This document shows positions 10,238-22,069 of a DNA stretch of 64,000 nucleotides, piece by piece. The DNA comes from an uncultured Acidobacteriaceae bacterium. Its GTDB lineage: Bacteria > Acidobacteriota > Terriglobia > Terriglobales > Acidobacteriaceae. The stretch lies in the NCBI GenBank assembly GCA_963777685.1, contig CAVZRF010000031.1:11989-75988 (forward strand), given 5' to 3'. Both the position numbers and the translations under genes were made by a program. Each line of letters opens with the position of its first letter. The stretch's first letter is position 1. The notes beneath the pieces are model-generated. The model was not told the DNA's origin and ran no database searches. It was given only the letters and a program-made list of their open reading frames with translations.

Positions 10238-11734
10238 CTACTTGCGCAGCGCGCCGGTCGCTTCCAGCTGGCAAGCCGTTGGATTGCTCCCCAATTGCGT
10301 CGGCACTGTTCCCGGTGTGCACGGCACGCCATTTCCTGGCGAATAGCTGTTCGTGATGCTCTGAACGCTGGTATTGGCGTTCTGCCGGGTGACGCGCGTA
10401 TCGATCAGGTTCCCCTGCAACTGCAAGGTCGCGTCCACCGTGTCCGTATCGGTGCGCAGGATCACCAGGTTGTCGCTGTCCGGTGAGGTCACATAAATCT
10501 TGCCGGTGGGATAGTTATAGGTGGAAGCGATCATCCTCGGGTGCGGTGTCGTGCCATCCGGGTTGAGCGGCAGGGTGATCGTCTTCTGGAGCGTATAGCT
10601 GCTCAGGTTCACGACCGAGACCGTGCCGTCCTTCGAATTCGCAACATAAGCGCGGCTGCCGTCCTGCAGCACCGTTACCGAAGACGGTCCACCGCCAACG
10701 GTCACACTGTGAGTCGTGCCGAACGTCGGCGCGTCATTGTCGAAGGAATCGGTGGTCACATCGATCACGCTGATGGTGTTCGAGTCGTAGTTCGCCGTCA
10801 CCAATTGGCTCGGTCGAGTCATAGAACTCGGCATAAACCGGGCCTGCGGGAAGAGGCAACGTGCTGTTCGGCAGCCGGTAATCGGGTTGATCTGGTTGTC
10901 CAGCGTGTTCTTCTGCGCATCGATGACCGTGACCGTCCCGCTGCCGCGATTGAGAATAAAGGCGCGCAGTCCGTCAGCGAACTGCAGTCCATAGACCGGG
11001 CAGATACCCACCGGAAGCGTCGCCGAGATGCGAATTGGTCGCCGCCTCCAGCGCCGAGGCTACGCCCGTGGTCGTCACCTCGCCGGGGTTCGCGCAGACC
11101 GTCGGCCCCACATTTTGACTGATGGCATAAAAGCGCGGCGATGTCTGAACGTCCCGCAAGGTTGATCAGCCCCAGCGGAAACTGGATCGCCTGCTTCAGT
11201 CCCGGAGGGGTTCCGGAAAGCACATCGAGCTGATCGCTCGCCTGATCGACGACATACAGAACGCCACTGCCCGTGATCGTATTGATCGGAACCGCGGTCG
11301 CCGTCAGCGTGCTGGTTGCAACATTTTTCGTCTGCAGGCTGGTCGAGATCGGGATATCGCTCAAACTGCCATCGCGATCGATGGTGTAGGCGGTCGCGCC
11401 GGCCGAGTCCAGAGTGAAATCGAGAGGAAAGTCGCCGATCGTCGCCTGCGCCAGCACCGTATCGCCGGAGAAATCCAGCACCGTGGCGATGCCTGCCGGC
11501 GCCGCCAGTCGGCTGGGTAATGGCGACCACATAGGCGGTCGGCGCTGGGCTCGGCCCGGTCGGGCGGACCGGATTGATGACCGGACGATACTGGTTGCCG
11601 CATCCGGCGACGCGGCCAGCAGCGAGCACTGCCCCGCTAGCGGCCCATCCAGTTCGAAAACGATTAGCCTGCTGCCTGCTAGAAATCTCAGCCTTGTTCA
11701 CGCCACTCTTGCCGATTCCAGAGAACTCAGCCAT
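10238..11734 (-). CDS. YncE/YVTN beta-propeller lipoprotein (several frameshifts)
   Basis: Lipobox-like VAGCG, repeats DGLRAFILNRGSGTVTVID, DGSRAYVANSKDGTVSVVN; stitched from ORFs 11075, 10819, 10974, 10238. Confidence 0.75.
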
Positions 11735-11963
11735 CCCGGCTGCGGTATCGTTGCTTTCACCCGCGAAACGCCCGGGCACTGCCATGCTTTGCACTCGTAA
11801 ATACCTCACTACGAAATCGATCCCAAAAATCTATGTCAGGTCAATGCTTGATTGTAAATCACCCGGAGGATCCCACTATCCTGCGGTGCCCCATCCTTGC
11901 ATTCCTCCGCCTTGATTGGACGGCACAACTCACTCACAGCCCTCTTCGATAGACAATGAAGCC

Positions 11964-12890
11964 ATGACCGAAGCCGCCGTCGACGCCGGAGATGACCGCC
12001 AGCGCAAATCCGATCCGCGAAGCCAGACTCCAGTGGCAATCGCGGTTCTGGCTGCCGCAGTTTTGGTCCTGTCGACGGCGGGGCTGCTGTCGCACTTACT
12101 CCCCGTTTTGACTCCCGCCAACGCAGAAGGTCTCGCCATCTGCGCCGCCTTTGGCCTTCTGGTCTGGCTGCTCCACGCCGCAACCCCGTTCGCCGCGCTC
12201 ACCGGATTCCTGCTCACTTCCGCCCTCTATGTCAGCACCGTGACCCAGCCCAACGGAGGCTGGTTCCACACCGCCCTGCTTCCGGGGCTGGCGTTATTTG
12301 TCCTCGCCTTCGCGGCCACGCGCTTCCGCCGCAGCCAAAAAGAGCAAATCGGCCTGGCCGAATCCCGCCGCGGACGTGGAGCCTCGCAAGTTGCCGCGAA
12401 TATGGGCGTCGCCGCGCTGGTGGCGCTAACTCTGCCGCCTCACATCGCCGCAGACGGAATCCCTGGCGCCTATCTCGGGATCCACATCGGACCTCTCGTC
12501 ATCCTCTCGTCCGCTGGACTCACGGCGTCTAGTCGCCGCCCTCGCCGAAGCCGCCGCCGACACCGTCTCCTCCGAGATCGGCCAGGCCATCGGCGGCACA
12601 CCCATTCCTGATCACAAACCGGACGTCGCGTCCCACCCGGCACCGACGGCGCGATCACCCTCGCCGGAACCGTCGCCGGTTGCCTCGCCGCAGCCATCGT
12701 CGTCCTCGCCGCAATTCCCACCCTGCACCTCGATCCGCGACAGGCCGTCATCGCCTGGCTCGCCGCCATCGCCGGCCTCTTCGCCGACAGCCTCATCGGC
12801 GCAACCCTCGAACGCCGCGGATGGCTCAACAACGATGCAGTGAACTTCCTCTCCACGGCGATCGCAGCCTTCCTGGCCCTCCTCGCATAG
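11964..12890 (+). CDS. DUF92 family membrane protein (frameshift near 12530)
   Basis: GRGASQVAANMG, then in another frame AALAEAAADTVSSEIG, VPPGTDGAITLAGT, DSLIGATLE, LNNDAVNF. Confidence 0.85.
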
Positions 12891-12999
12891 CAACCCCTCC
12901 CCAGCCCGCTTTCCTAGTCCTCCTAGCGTTCCCTATTCCCTAGCCCCTGCCCTCCTAGCATTTCCCGCCCACCCCAACTATCCTAAGAATCAACGCATT

Positions 13000-13954
13000 A
13001 TGGACTTTGACCAGCTAAGAACATTCCTCGAAGTCGCTCGCCACAAAAGCTTCTCCCGCGCCGGAGAAAAGCTGTCGCTCACCCAGCCCGCCATCTCCGC
13101 GCAGATCCGCTCGCTCGAGACCGGGGTCGGACGCGCAGCTCTTCGACCGCTCCGGAGGCAAGGTCACCTTCACCGCCGCTGGCCGCCTCTTCGAGCCCTT
13201 CGCCGAACACTGTCTGGAGTGCCATCAACACATCCTGATGGCCGTCGGCGAGATGCAGCGCACCCCGCGCGGCGAGGTCGCGATCAGCGCCAACGAATCC
13301 ACCTGCCTCTACGTGCTGCCTCAGGTCTTCACCCAGTTCAAGCAGAGTATTCCCGCGTCGGGCTGAACATCATCCGCGCCGACCGCTCCCGCACCCTCGA
13401 AGCCGTGCTCAATCGCGAAGTCGATTTCGGCGTCGTCGCGCTGCCCGTGAAAGATTCCCGGCTGAACACCGAATGGATCCACAAGGACGAACTGGTGCTC
13501 GTCGCTGCCCCTGGACACGCCCTTGCCCGCGCCGGAAAACTTCGCATCGAAGATGTGGCGCGTCACCCGTTACTGCTGCCCAAGCAAGGCCGTCAGCGCG
13601 AACAGATCGACCTGCTCTTCTAGATCCGCGAACTCAAGCCAAACATCGGCATGGAGCTCGACTCGAGCGAACTGCTCAAACGCTTCGTCGCCGCCGGCAT
13701 GGGCATCGGCTTCGCGCCAAAATCGACCGTGGCCGCCGACGAACAGGCAGGCGTTTTGAAGATCCTGCCCATCGAAAGCGTGCGCCTGCATACGCGAGCT
13801 CGCCCTCGTCTTCCGCAAAGACAAGTCGCTCAGCCGCGCCGCCCAGTCGTTCATCGAGATCGCCACCGGACGGCCCCGGCTGACTCGGAACTCAACCTTG
13901 CCGCCCAAGAGCCGTACCGCATCGCTGCCAGAGCGATCTGCGAAAACTAAGTAA
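13000..13954 (+). CDS. LysR family transcriptional regulator (frameshifts plus in-frame TAG at 13621)
   Basis: MDFDQLRTFLEVA..KSFSRAG..LTQPAISAQIRSLE HTH; substrate-binding domain continues across frames to TAA 13952-13954. Confidence 0.85.
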
Positions 13955-14030
13955 TTCCGCAAGCCGCCACCTTCTGTGACCGAATCGTAACCGTCGCTCG
14001 CGTATCTTCTATTGAGGAGCTTTACGCAAC

Positions 14031-14961
14031 ATGCCATCCAATCTGAACTACCGCATCGGCCTGATCCAGATGTCCTGCGGCCCCGATCCCGATGCCAATC
14101 TCGATAAGGCCGCCGACAAAGTCCGCGAAGCCGCCCGCGAAGGCGCGAACGTCATCTGCCTGCCCGAGCTCTTTCGCGCGCAATATTTCTGCCAGCGCGA
14201 AGACACCGCGCTCTTCGATCTCGCCGAGCCCATCCCCGGTCCCAGCACCGAACGCCTCGGCGCAGTCGCCCGCGAAGAAAAAGTCGTCGTCGTCGCCTCG
14301 CTCTTTGAGCGCCGCGCGGCCGGGCTTTATCACAACACCGCCGCCATCCTGCACAAAGACGGCACCCTCGCCGGGCTCTATCGCAAGATGCACATCCCCG
14401 ACGACCCGCTCTATTACGAGAAGTTTTACTTCACCCCCGGCGATCTCGGCTTCAAGGCGTTCGACACCGCCGTCGGCAAGATCGGCACCCTCGTCTGCTG
14501 GGACCAGTGGTATCCGGAAGGTGCGCGCATCACCGCCATGCAAGGCGCGAACGTGCTCTTCTATCCCACCGCGATCGGCTGGCATCCTGCCGAGAAGGAA
14601 GAGTTTGGCGCGGCGCAATATGATGCCTGGCAGACCATCCAGCGCGCCCACGCCATCGCCAACGGAGTCTACGTCGGCTCCGTCAACCGCGTCGGCGAAG
14701 AGCATGGCGACGTTCGCGGCAATCGCGTCGAAGGCCCTGGTCTGCGAGTTCTGGGGCGGATCGTTCATCGCCGATCCCTTCGGCCGCATCATCGCCAAGG
14801 CCGCGCACGACAAGGAAGAGATCCTCGTCGCCGAAGTCGACCTGCGCCTGCTCGAAGACACGCGCCGCAACTGGCCCTTCCTCCGCGACCGCCGCATCGA
14901 CGCCTATCAGCCCATCGTTCACCGCTTTCTCGACGCCAGCACCACAGGAAACGACAAGTGA
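14031..14961 (+). CDS. aguB: Carbon-nitrogen hydrolase, probable N-carbamoylputrescine amidase (frameshift near 14742)
   Basis: LPELF, YRKMHIPDDPLYYEKFYF, VCWDQWYPE (E-K-C triad), WPFLRDRR; adjacent to agmatine deiminase. Confidence 0.88.
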
Positions 14962-16051
14962 CCGCGCCAGGCCAAGACTCCGCGCCAGCTCGGCTACAAA
15001 ATGCCCGCCGAATGGGAGCGCCACGACGCTACCTGGATCGCGTGGCCGCACAACGCCACCGATTGGCCAGGGAAATTCCAGGCAATCCCCTGGGTCTACG
15101 CCGACATCGTCCGCCGGCTCTCGCAAGTCGAGACCGTGCATATCCTCGTCGACAATGAAGCTGCTGAAAAACGCGCAGCCAGCATTCTCCTCCGCGCCGG
15201 AGCGAATCTCCGACAACGTCACGCTTCCATCGCGTCCCCACCGACCGCGTCTGGACACGCGATTCCGGGCCGATCTTCGTGCGAAAACGCGCCGGTCAAG
15301 CCACCGTCGCTGTTACAAATTGGAAATTCAACGCCTGGGCGAAATACGACAACTGGCATCTCGACGACCAGGTCGCTGCAAAAGCAGCAAAACTCCTCAA
15401 AGTCCCGGCATGGAAACCGGCCATCCGGCTCGAAGGACGGCAGCAGAACACCGCATCGTCCTCGAAGGCGGAAGCATCGACGTCAACGGCGCGGGGACGC
15501 TCATCACGACCGAGGAATGCCTGCTCAGTACGATCCAGCAACGCAATCCTGGAGTCACCCGCGAGCAATTGGAGAAGGTCTTCCACGATTATCTCGGCAT
15601 CGACCAGGTCTTGTGGATGAATCGCGGCTGCGCCGGCGACGACACCCACGGCCACGTCGACGACATCACCCGCTTCGTCGCCGAAAATACAATTGTCACA
15701 GCCACTGAGACAAATACAGCCGACGAAAATCATGAACCGCTCGCCGAGAACCTCGACCGCCTCAAATCCGCGAAAAACCTGCACGGCAAGCCATTCAAGA
15801 TCGTCGAGCTCCCCATGCCCGCACCCGTCGTCTTCGACGGCCAGCGCCTGCCTGCCAGCTACGCCAACTTTTACATCGCCAACGGAATCGTTCTCGTCCC
15901 CACCTTCAACGATCCCAACGACCGCAAAGCCCTCGGCATCCTCGCGGAGGTCTTCCCGAAACACACCGTGAGCGGCATCCATTGCGGCGACTTCATCTGG
16001 GGTCTCGGCGCGCTACACTGCATGACCCAGCAGCAACCCGCCCCCGAATGA
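14958..16051 (+). CDS. aguA: Agmatine deiminase family protein (frameshifted)
   Basis: MPAEWE.H.ATWIAWP, W.RDSGP, FNAWAKY, LEGGSIDVNG, DDTHGHVD, ASYANF, GALHCMTQQQP. Confidence 0.9.
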
Positions 16052-16128
16052 ATATCTGAAGGAGCGCCTATAATCTCCAAATCAGGCGCGGCGTAGTCTC
16101 CACATCGCTCCTGAGCAAGGAGAAAGCC

Positions 16129-16464
16129 ATGCCACTCAACCCCGCAATGGTCACCACCGCTTTAGAACTGCCCGGATACAAAGTCGTCACCAACCTCGGA
16201 GTCGTTCGCGGCATCGTTGTCCGCTCGCGCTCGATCCTCGGCAGCATCGGCGCAGGCCTGCAAACGCTGGTCGGCGGCGACATCACCCTGCTCACCGACC
16301 TCTGCGAGAAGACACGCGCCGACGCCTTCACCCGCATGATGATCCACGCTGAAGAGCATGGCGCCAACGCCATCATCTCCACCCGCTACGACGCCAACGA
16401 GCTGATGCAGGGCGTCACCGAGGTCCTCGCCTACGGCACCGCCGTCATCGTGGAGAAAATCTGA
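16129..16464 (+). CDS. YbjQ/UPF0145 family protein
   Basis: LGVVRG..VRSR...GANAII..RYD...EVLAYGTAV; AGGAG RBS. Confidence 0.92.
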   Translation: MPLNPAMVTTALELPGYKVVTNLGVVRGIVVRSRSILGSIGAGLQTLVGGDITLLTDLCEKTRADAFTRMMIHAEEHGANAIISTRYDANELMQGVTEVLAYGTAVIVEKI

Positions 16465-16622
16465 CCCCTGCCGTGCAAGCACTCCACCAATGGCTCAATA
16501 CGAAAGCTCTCTCCAAAAGTCGTGTTTCCTCGTTGCGGCTATAGCTACCGCTTCCATTTGGCCACGGCAGGATTCCACCGCAACGGAGCGAATGCTTATA
16601 ATTCGTGTTAAGGTGCAATCCA

Positions 16623-16880
16623 ATGCTGAAGGCTAAGGAAGCAGTAGAAAAAGCGATGGAACATCTTTTGGAACTGTCTCCAGACATATCAGATCTACGC
16701 ATGGAAGAGATTGTGCCGTTCGGAAACAATTGGCGGATCACTTTCAGCGGATCTCCTCCACCGATTCCCGATGGTGCGGGTAACATAGCCTATCTGCTGC
16801 AACCTCGGCGAATTTATAAAGTTGTAGAAGTTGACTCTTCTAGCGGCGACTTCGTCTCTCTGCGGAACCCGGCTGCGTGA
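16623..16880 (+). CDS. Small hypothetical protein, putative partner of downstream PIN protein
   Basis: 85 aa ORF overlapping the PIN start (GTGA); TATAAT just upstream; lower GC than flanks. Confidence 0.7.
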   Translation: MLKAKEAVEKAMEHLLELSPDISDLRMEEIVPFGNNWRITFSGSPPPIPDGAGNIAYLLQPRRIYKVVEVDSSSGDFVSLRNPAA

Positions 16881-17380
16881 AGGATTTTGAGTCTCCGCTT
16901 CTTGGGCAGATTTCTCGCCGGAATCTTTTGCTGGACTCCAACCTCTTGCTTCTTCTGACGATTGGCTCATACAACCGCGGCTTGATCGCTACCTTCAAGC
17001 GAGTTGGCAGCTACAACTTGAGGGATTATGAACTTCTTGAGCGGCTTGTCGCCGGCTTTCGAGACCTGATTGCAACCCCACATATCTTGACCGAAGTTAG
17101 CAACTTGGCCAACAGCCTTCCCCTACCGCTCAAGGCGTTTTGGTTCGACCACTTTGCCGCCCGCATCACTCGGATTGAGGAGCGCTATATTCCCGCGGTC
17201 GAACTCGCCGCCATGCCCGAGTTTTCTACCTTCGGAATCACGGATGCTGCACTCTCGCTGCTGGCGAAGGGCACGCTACTGGTTACGGCCGACGATCGTC
17301 TATGCAGCCACCTTCAGCGGCGTCAACTGCTCGCGATCAGTTTCAACCAGATACGCTCTAGCTACTTGATAGAAAGCTAA
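16877..17380 (+). CDS. PIN domain protein (putative RNase toxin)
   Basis: Acidic residues in LLLDSN, ILTEVSN, GITDAAL, TADD. Confidence 0.8.
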   Translation: MKDFESPLLGQISRRNLLLDSNLLLLLTIGSYNRGLIATFKRVGSYNLRDYELLERLVAGFRDLIATPHILTEVSNLANSLPLPLKAFWFDHFAARITRIEERYIPAVELAAMPEFSTFGITDAALSLLAKGTLLVTADDRLCSHLQRRQLLAISFNQIRSSYLIES

Positions 17381-18336
<956 letters not shown>

Positions 18337-18440
18337 TCATTCCTCCGAATAACTCAGATGATAGCGGGAACTTAGCTCGAAACACCGGGGTCTAAGCAAT
18401 CAGGTGACTCGCCACCGACTTCAGTTCCGTGGGAGGCGCC

Positions 18441-19160
18441 ATGTTTGAAGACAGTCTGGTCGAGTCACAGAACCGTATCCACACCCGGAGCAGATGGTTC
18501 GCCATCGGCTCATTCCTCGCGCAGGCAGCGCTGCTTCTTCTCCTCATTCTCTATCCACTGCTTAACCCGCTAGCCCTGCCAAGACAATCGGTCGAGCACC
18601 TGCTCATCGCGCCGCCTCCGCCACGCGCACCAGCGCCAGTCGAGGTCCGCCACGCGACCGCTGTTTCGACACGCACATTGCCGAGCCTGCAGGCACAACT
18701 GCAAGCGCCGACGACCATCCCAACCCACATCGTGAGCGATCCCGGAGATGCTGCACCGCCGAGTTCTTTCATCGGAATTTCCGGCGGTAGTCCAACCGGA
18801 GTGCCCGGAGGAATCTTCGCGGGTCCCCCGCCACCAGCGGTTGCGATGGCGAAACCGCCCGCGCCAAAACTCCCGATACATGTCTCTACAGGAGTCGCCA
18901 CCGGGCTTCTGCTCTCACCAATCCGGCCAATCTATCCGGCAATCGCAAGAGAAGCGAGAATCCAAGGCACAGTAGTCATCGAAGCCACGATCTCCCGCCA
19001 TGGCACGATCGAGAACCTTCAGGTCACCGAAGGCCCACCCATGCTGCGCCAGGCAGCCATCGATGCCGTCGCGGCAGCGCGCTATAAGCCGTTCCTGTTA
19101 AACGGCGAACCGGTCGAAGTACAGACCAGCATCCACGTCATCTTTTCGTTAGGGGGATAG
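18441..19160 (+). CDS. Energy transducer TonB family protein
   Basis: MFEDSL start, TM helix, Pro-rich linker, YPAIAREARIQGTVV C-terminal TonB domain. Confidence 0.9.
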   Translation: MFEDSLVESQNRIHTRSRWFAIGSFLAQAALLLLLILYPLLNPLALPRQSVEHLLIAPPPPRAPAPVEVRHATAVSTRTLPSLQAQLQAPTTIPTHIVSDPGDAAPPSSFIGISGGSPTGVPGGIFAGPPPPAVAMAKPPAPKLPIHVSTGVATGLLLSPIRPIYPAIAREARIQGTVVIEATISRHGTIENLQVTEGPPMLRQAAIDAVAAARYKPFLLNGEPVEVQTSIHVIFSLGG

Positions 19161-19192
19161 AGAAAGGCAGCAATGGGGAGATAAAGGAACGG

Positions 19193-19973
19193 CTATTCGG
19201 CGCCAGCCGGAACCTCGAAGTCGAGCCCCGCATCGCGGTTGGTTTTCTGCGTCTGCGGCAAATCGATGTCGTTGAGCGGAATCGCACGCCGCCTCTCGCC
19301 GTCGAGCACGTAGAGCGTAGTGCTGGTCACAGCATAGTTCTGCACCTGCTGCGGAGGCCGCCCATCCTTGAAGAGCAAGGTGGTCTCTGGCTGGTCCGGA
19401 ATCGGAGGCGGGCGCGGCGGCCTGCGGCTGGTAAGCCGGACGAGGAGCCGGCCCCTGCCCGTAATTTGCCTGCGCAGAATTTTCGCCGTAACTGCTATCC
19501 GGCGGCGGCGCAGCCTGCGCCGTCATGTCCTGGTAGTTCGTGTCCTGGTACGCCGGCGCAGGCTGCGGCTGGTCGCCATACGACGAATCGTCCGCATATC
19601 CCGCATACCCATAGAATCCGCCATAGCCCAGATAGGTCGGATAGAAATATGCGCCTCTGGAGTAGTAGGAACGATTACCATTCGTCGGATACGGATAGCG
19701 CTTGCCCGGATTCGGCTGAGTTCCGCCAAACGGAGGCGGTCCGATCGGGCTTGAATAAGCCGGACTGCTGTAAAGACTGTGAGCTGACGCGCCAAGATTT
19801 GGGTGATACGCGGCAACGCCGGCGGGAGAGTGCGAAGGTCCCGGCGAAACCATCGAGAAGCTATGCCCCGAAGCCGCTACCGCACCGGTATGACCAGCTG
19901 AAACACCGCCACGTTGGCCCAGAGCGGAAGAGGCAATCAGGAAAATCAACGGCAGCGTCGAAACCAGCTTCAT
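19193..19973 (-). CDS. Secreted hypothetical protein, Gly/Tyr/Pro-rich (frameshift near 19420)
   Basis: Signal peptide; C-terminal TTLLFKDG..VQNYAVT..IPLNDIDL..T.K.N domain lies in a different frame. Confidence 0.65.
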
Positions 19974-20077
19974 AATTTGCCTTTCCCGAACTTCTTGCTC
20001 TACTTCTTTGGATGATACTCCGCAGCGTCGCGATGCACCCTTCTCCTCATGACACGCCGCTCCACTAGAATGGCTTC

Positions 20078-20722
20078 ATGGTTCCGTTGCCACCCAGGCC
20101 GGTGAACACCAGCCCAATCGCCCTTGAAGGAGACCGCGTACTCCTTGAGCCACTGACGCATCAGCATCTTCCCGATCTCGCGGAGATCGCCTTCGAACCC
20201 AGCATCTGGCGCTGGACGCATCGCCGCATAGACAATCTTGAAGACCTGCTGAAGTTCTTCAAGATTGCCCTCGAGGAAATCAAAGCCGGAACCGCGGTCG
20301 CATGGGTCACCCGCTCCAAAGCAACCGGCAAGGTCGCGGGATCGACCCGTCTCTACGATATCTCGCAGGAGCACCGCACCATGGAGCTCGGCGGCACCTG
20401 GCTGCACCCCGACTACCACCGCACCGGCATCAATGTCGAGGCCAAATACCTGCAACTCACCCACGCCTTTGAGCGGATGGGAGCGCTTCGAGTCTCGTTC
20501 AAGACCCATCACGAAAACCTGAAGTCCCAGACTGCCATCGCCGCGATCGGCGCAAAGTTCGAAGGCGTCTTCCGCAACCACATGATCATGCCCGATGGCA
20601 GCATCCGCCACAGCCATTGGTACAGCATCATCCGCGAAGATTGGCCCGAAGTGAAAGCCAATCTAGAAGCCCGCTTGGACCGGTTTCCACCCCCAAACGC
20701 CATTGACTCGCCGACTGGCTGA
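20078..20722 (+). CDS. GNAT N-acetyltransferase (RimJ/RimL type)
   Basis: LEG.RVLLEPL, VAGSTR, ELGGTW, GAKFEGVFRNH, WYSII..DWP. Confidence 0.9.
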   Translation: MVPLPPRPVNTSPIALEGDRVLLEPLTHQHLPDLAEIAFEPSIWRWTHRRIDNLEDLLKFFKIALEEIKAGTAVAWVTRSKATGKVAGSTRLYDISQEHRTMELGGTWLHPDYHRTGINVEAKYLQLTHAFERMGALRVSFKTHHENLKSQTAIAAIGAKFEGVFRNHMIMPDGSIRHSHWYSIIREDWPEVKANLEARLDRFPPPNAIDSPTG

Positions 20723-20799
20723 CTTGCTCTTTGGACAGCTCTCCAAAACAACCAACCCTAGCGGCCAAGAGTGAAGAGCTAATAGCTGACAGCTAGCTC

Positions 20800-22002
20800 C
20801 TACTCCACCTCTTGCTTCGCCTTATACCCGTCTCGCGCAATGACCTCGTATTTCAGCGGCTTGTGCTTCTCATCCTGCATCTTGAGCGGCTGCCCTTCAT
20901 CGTCCACCAGCTCCACGCGCAGCTTGCGGTAGGTGCCGTCCTGCTTGGCATTGGTAGGTTTGTAGCTCAGCTCATACTGGTTCCGGATGGTGTCGTTGAT
21001 CTCATGGAAGATGTCCGGCATCTCGCCCGCAAAGCGCGGGAAGAACGCCATGCCGCCGGTCATCCTCGCGAACGTCGTCATCTGGTTGTCGGCCTGCAGG
21101 TAGTCGATCTCCCGCATCCCGCCCATGTTCGACATGATGCGCGCCGCCTGCCCGGTGCCCACCGTGAAGATGGTCACGTTGGGCGTCGCCTTGATCTTCT
21201 GCAGGATCTTGTCCAGCGTGATCTTGCTGAACGTGTCGCGGCCCGAAGCGATCAGCACGATGTACTTCCGGCCTTCGATGCGGCTCAACCGGTCGAGCGC
21301 CTCGTAGAGCGCGTCAAAGACATTCGTCTCGCTGAAGCCGGGAATGTGAGCGAGTTCAGCGAGTTGTAGATCACCCGCTTGTCCTGGGTAAAGTCGGTCA
21401 GGATTTGCGTCCGCATGTCAAAGGTCATCACCGCGACGTAGTCTTCCGGCTTCAGCTGCTGCGACAAAGGTATAGGCCGCGTTCCGCATGTCATAGATGA
21501 ACGAGTAATTCTTGGCCGCGAACTCCAGCAGCAGCACCGCCGTAATCGGCGCCTGGATGCGCTGAAAGCCGGTGATCGGTCTGCGGCACACCGTCCTCAA
21601 AGATCCGGAAGTTCGTCTGCTTCAGCCCCGGAACGAACTGCGTGCGTCTTCTGCAGAATCACGGCCGTATCCACCGTGACCACCGGCACATCGACGCGCA
21701 GCGAAAAATTGCCCATGCCCGGAGGGTTCTTCACCTCTGGCTTCGGCGGCGGAGGCGGCTCGGGCGCCTTTTCCTTCTTCTTCGGGATCGCGATCACGCC
21801 GTTGTCGCCACCTGGCCCACCCGCGTCCGGGCTGTTCTGGTCGGGTTGTTGCGCCGGAGGTGTTTGCTGGGGCTGCGTCGCGCGGGCGTCGACTGCGCCA
21901 CCGCCGCAGCTCCGCATCAAAATCGTCATCGCAACTGCAAAGACCGCAGCGCAACGCGACGGCAGTCCGAACTACAGGGGCGTCGCCCCGATTCCATTTC
22001 AT
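20800..22002 (-). CDS. VWA domain protein (acidobacterial VWFA-related; several frameshifts)
   Basis: FSLRVDVPVVTVD, APITAVLLLE, GRKYIVLIASGRDTFS, TGGMAFFP, IRNQYELSYKPTN. Confidence 0.8.
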
Positions 22003-22069
22003 AGCAATCATTATCGTCCAAGAGGTGGCAGCTTTGCGGCGAGCGCGCTCCACCAGCTACTCTGTAGAC

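Noticed and set aside
13621-13623. In-frame TAG in lysR as possible amber recoding
   Set aside because: TAG is used as a normal stop throughout the window, no pyl genes are present and the same gene has other errors; a base-call error or point mutation is more likely
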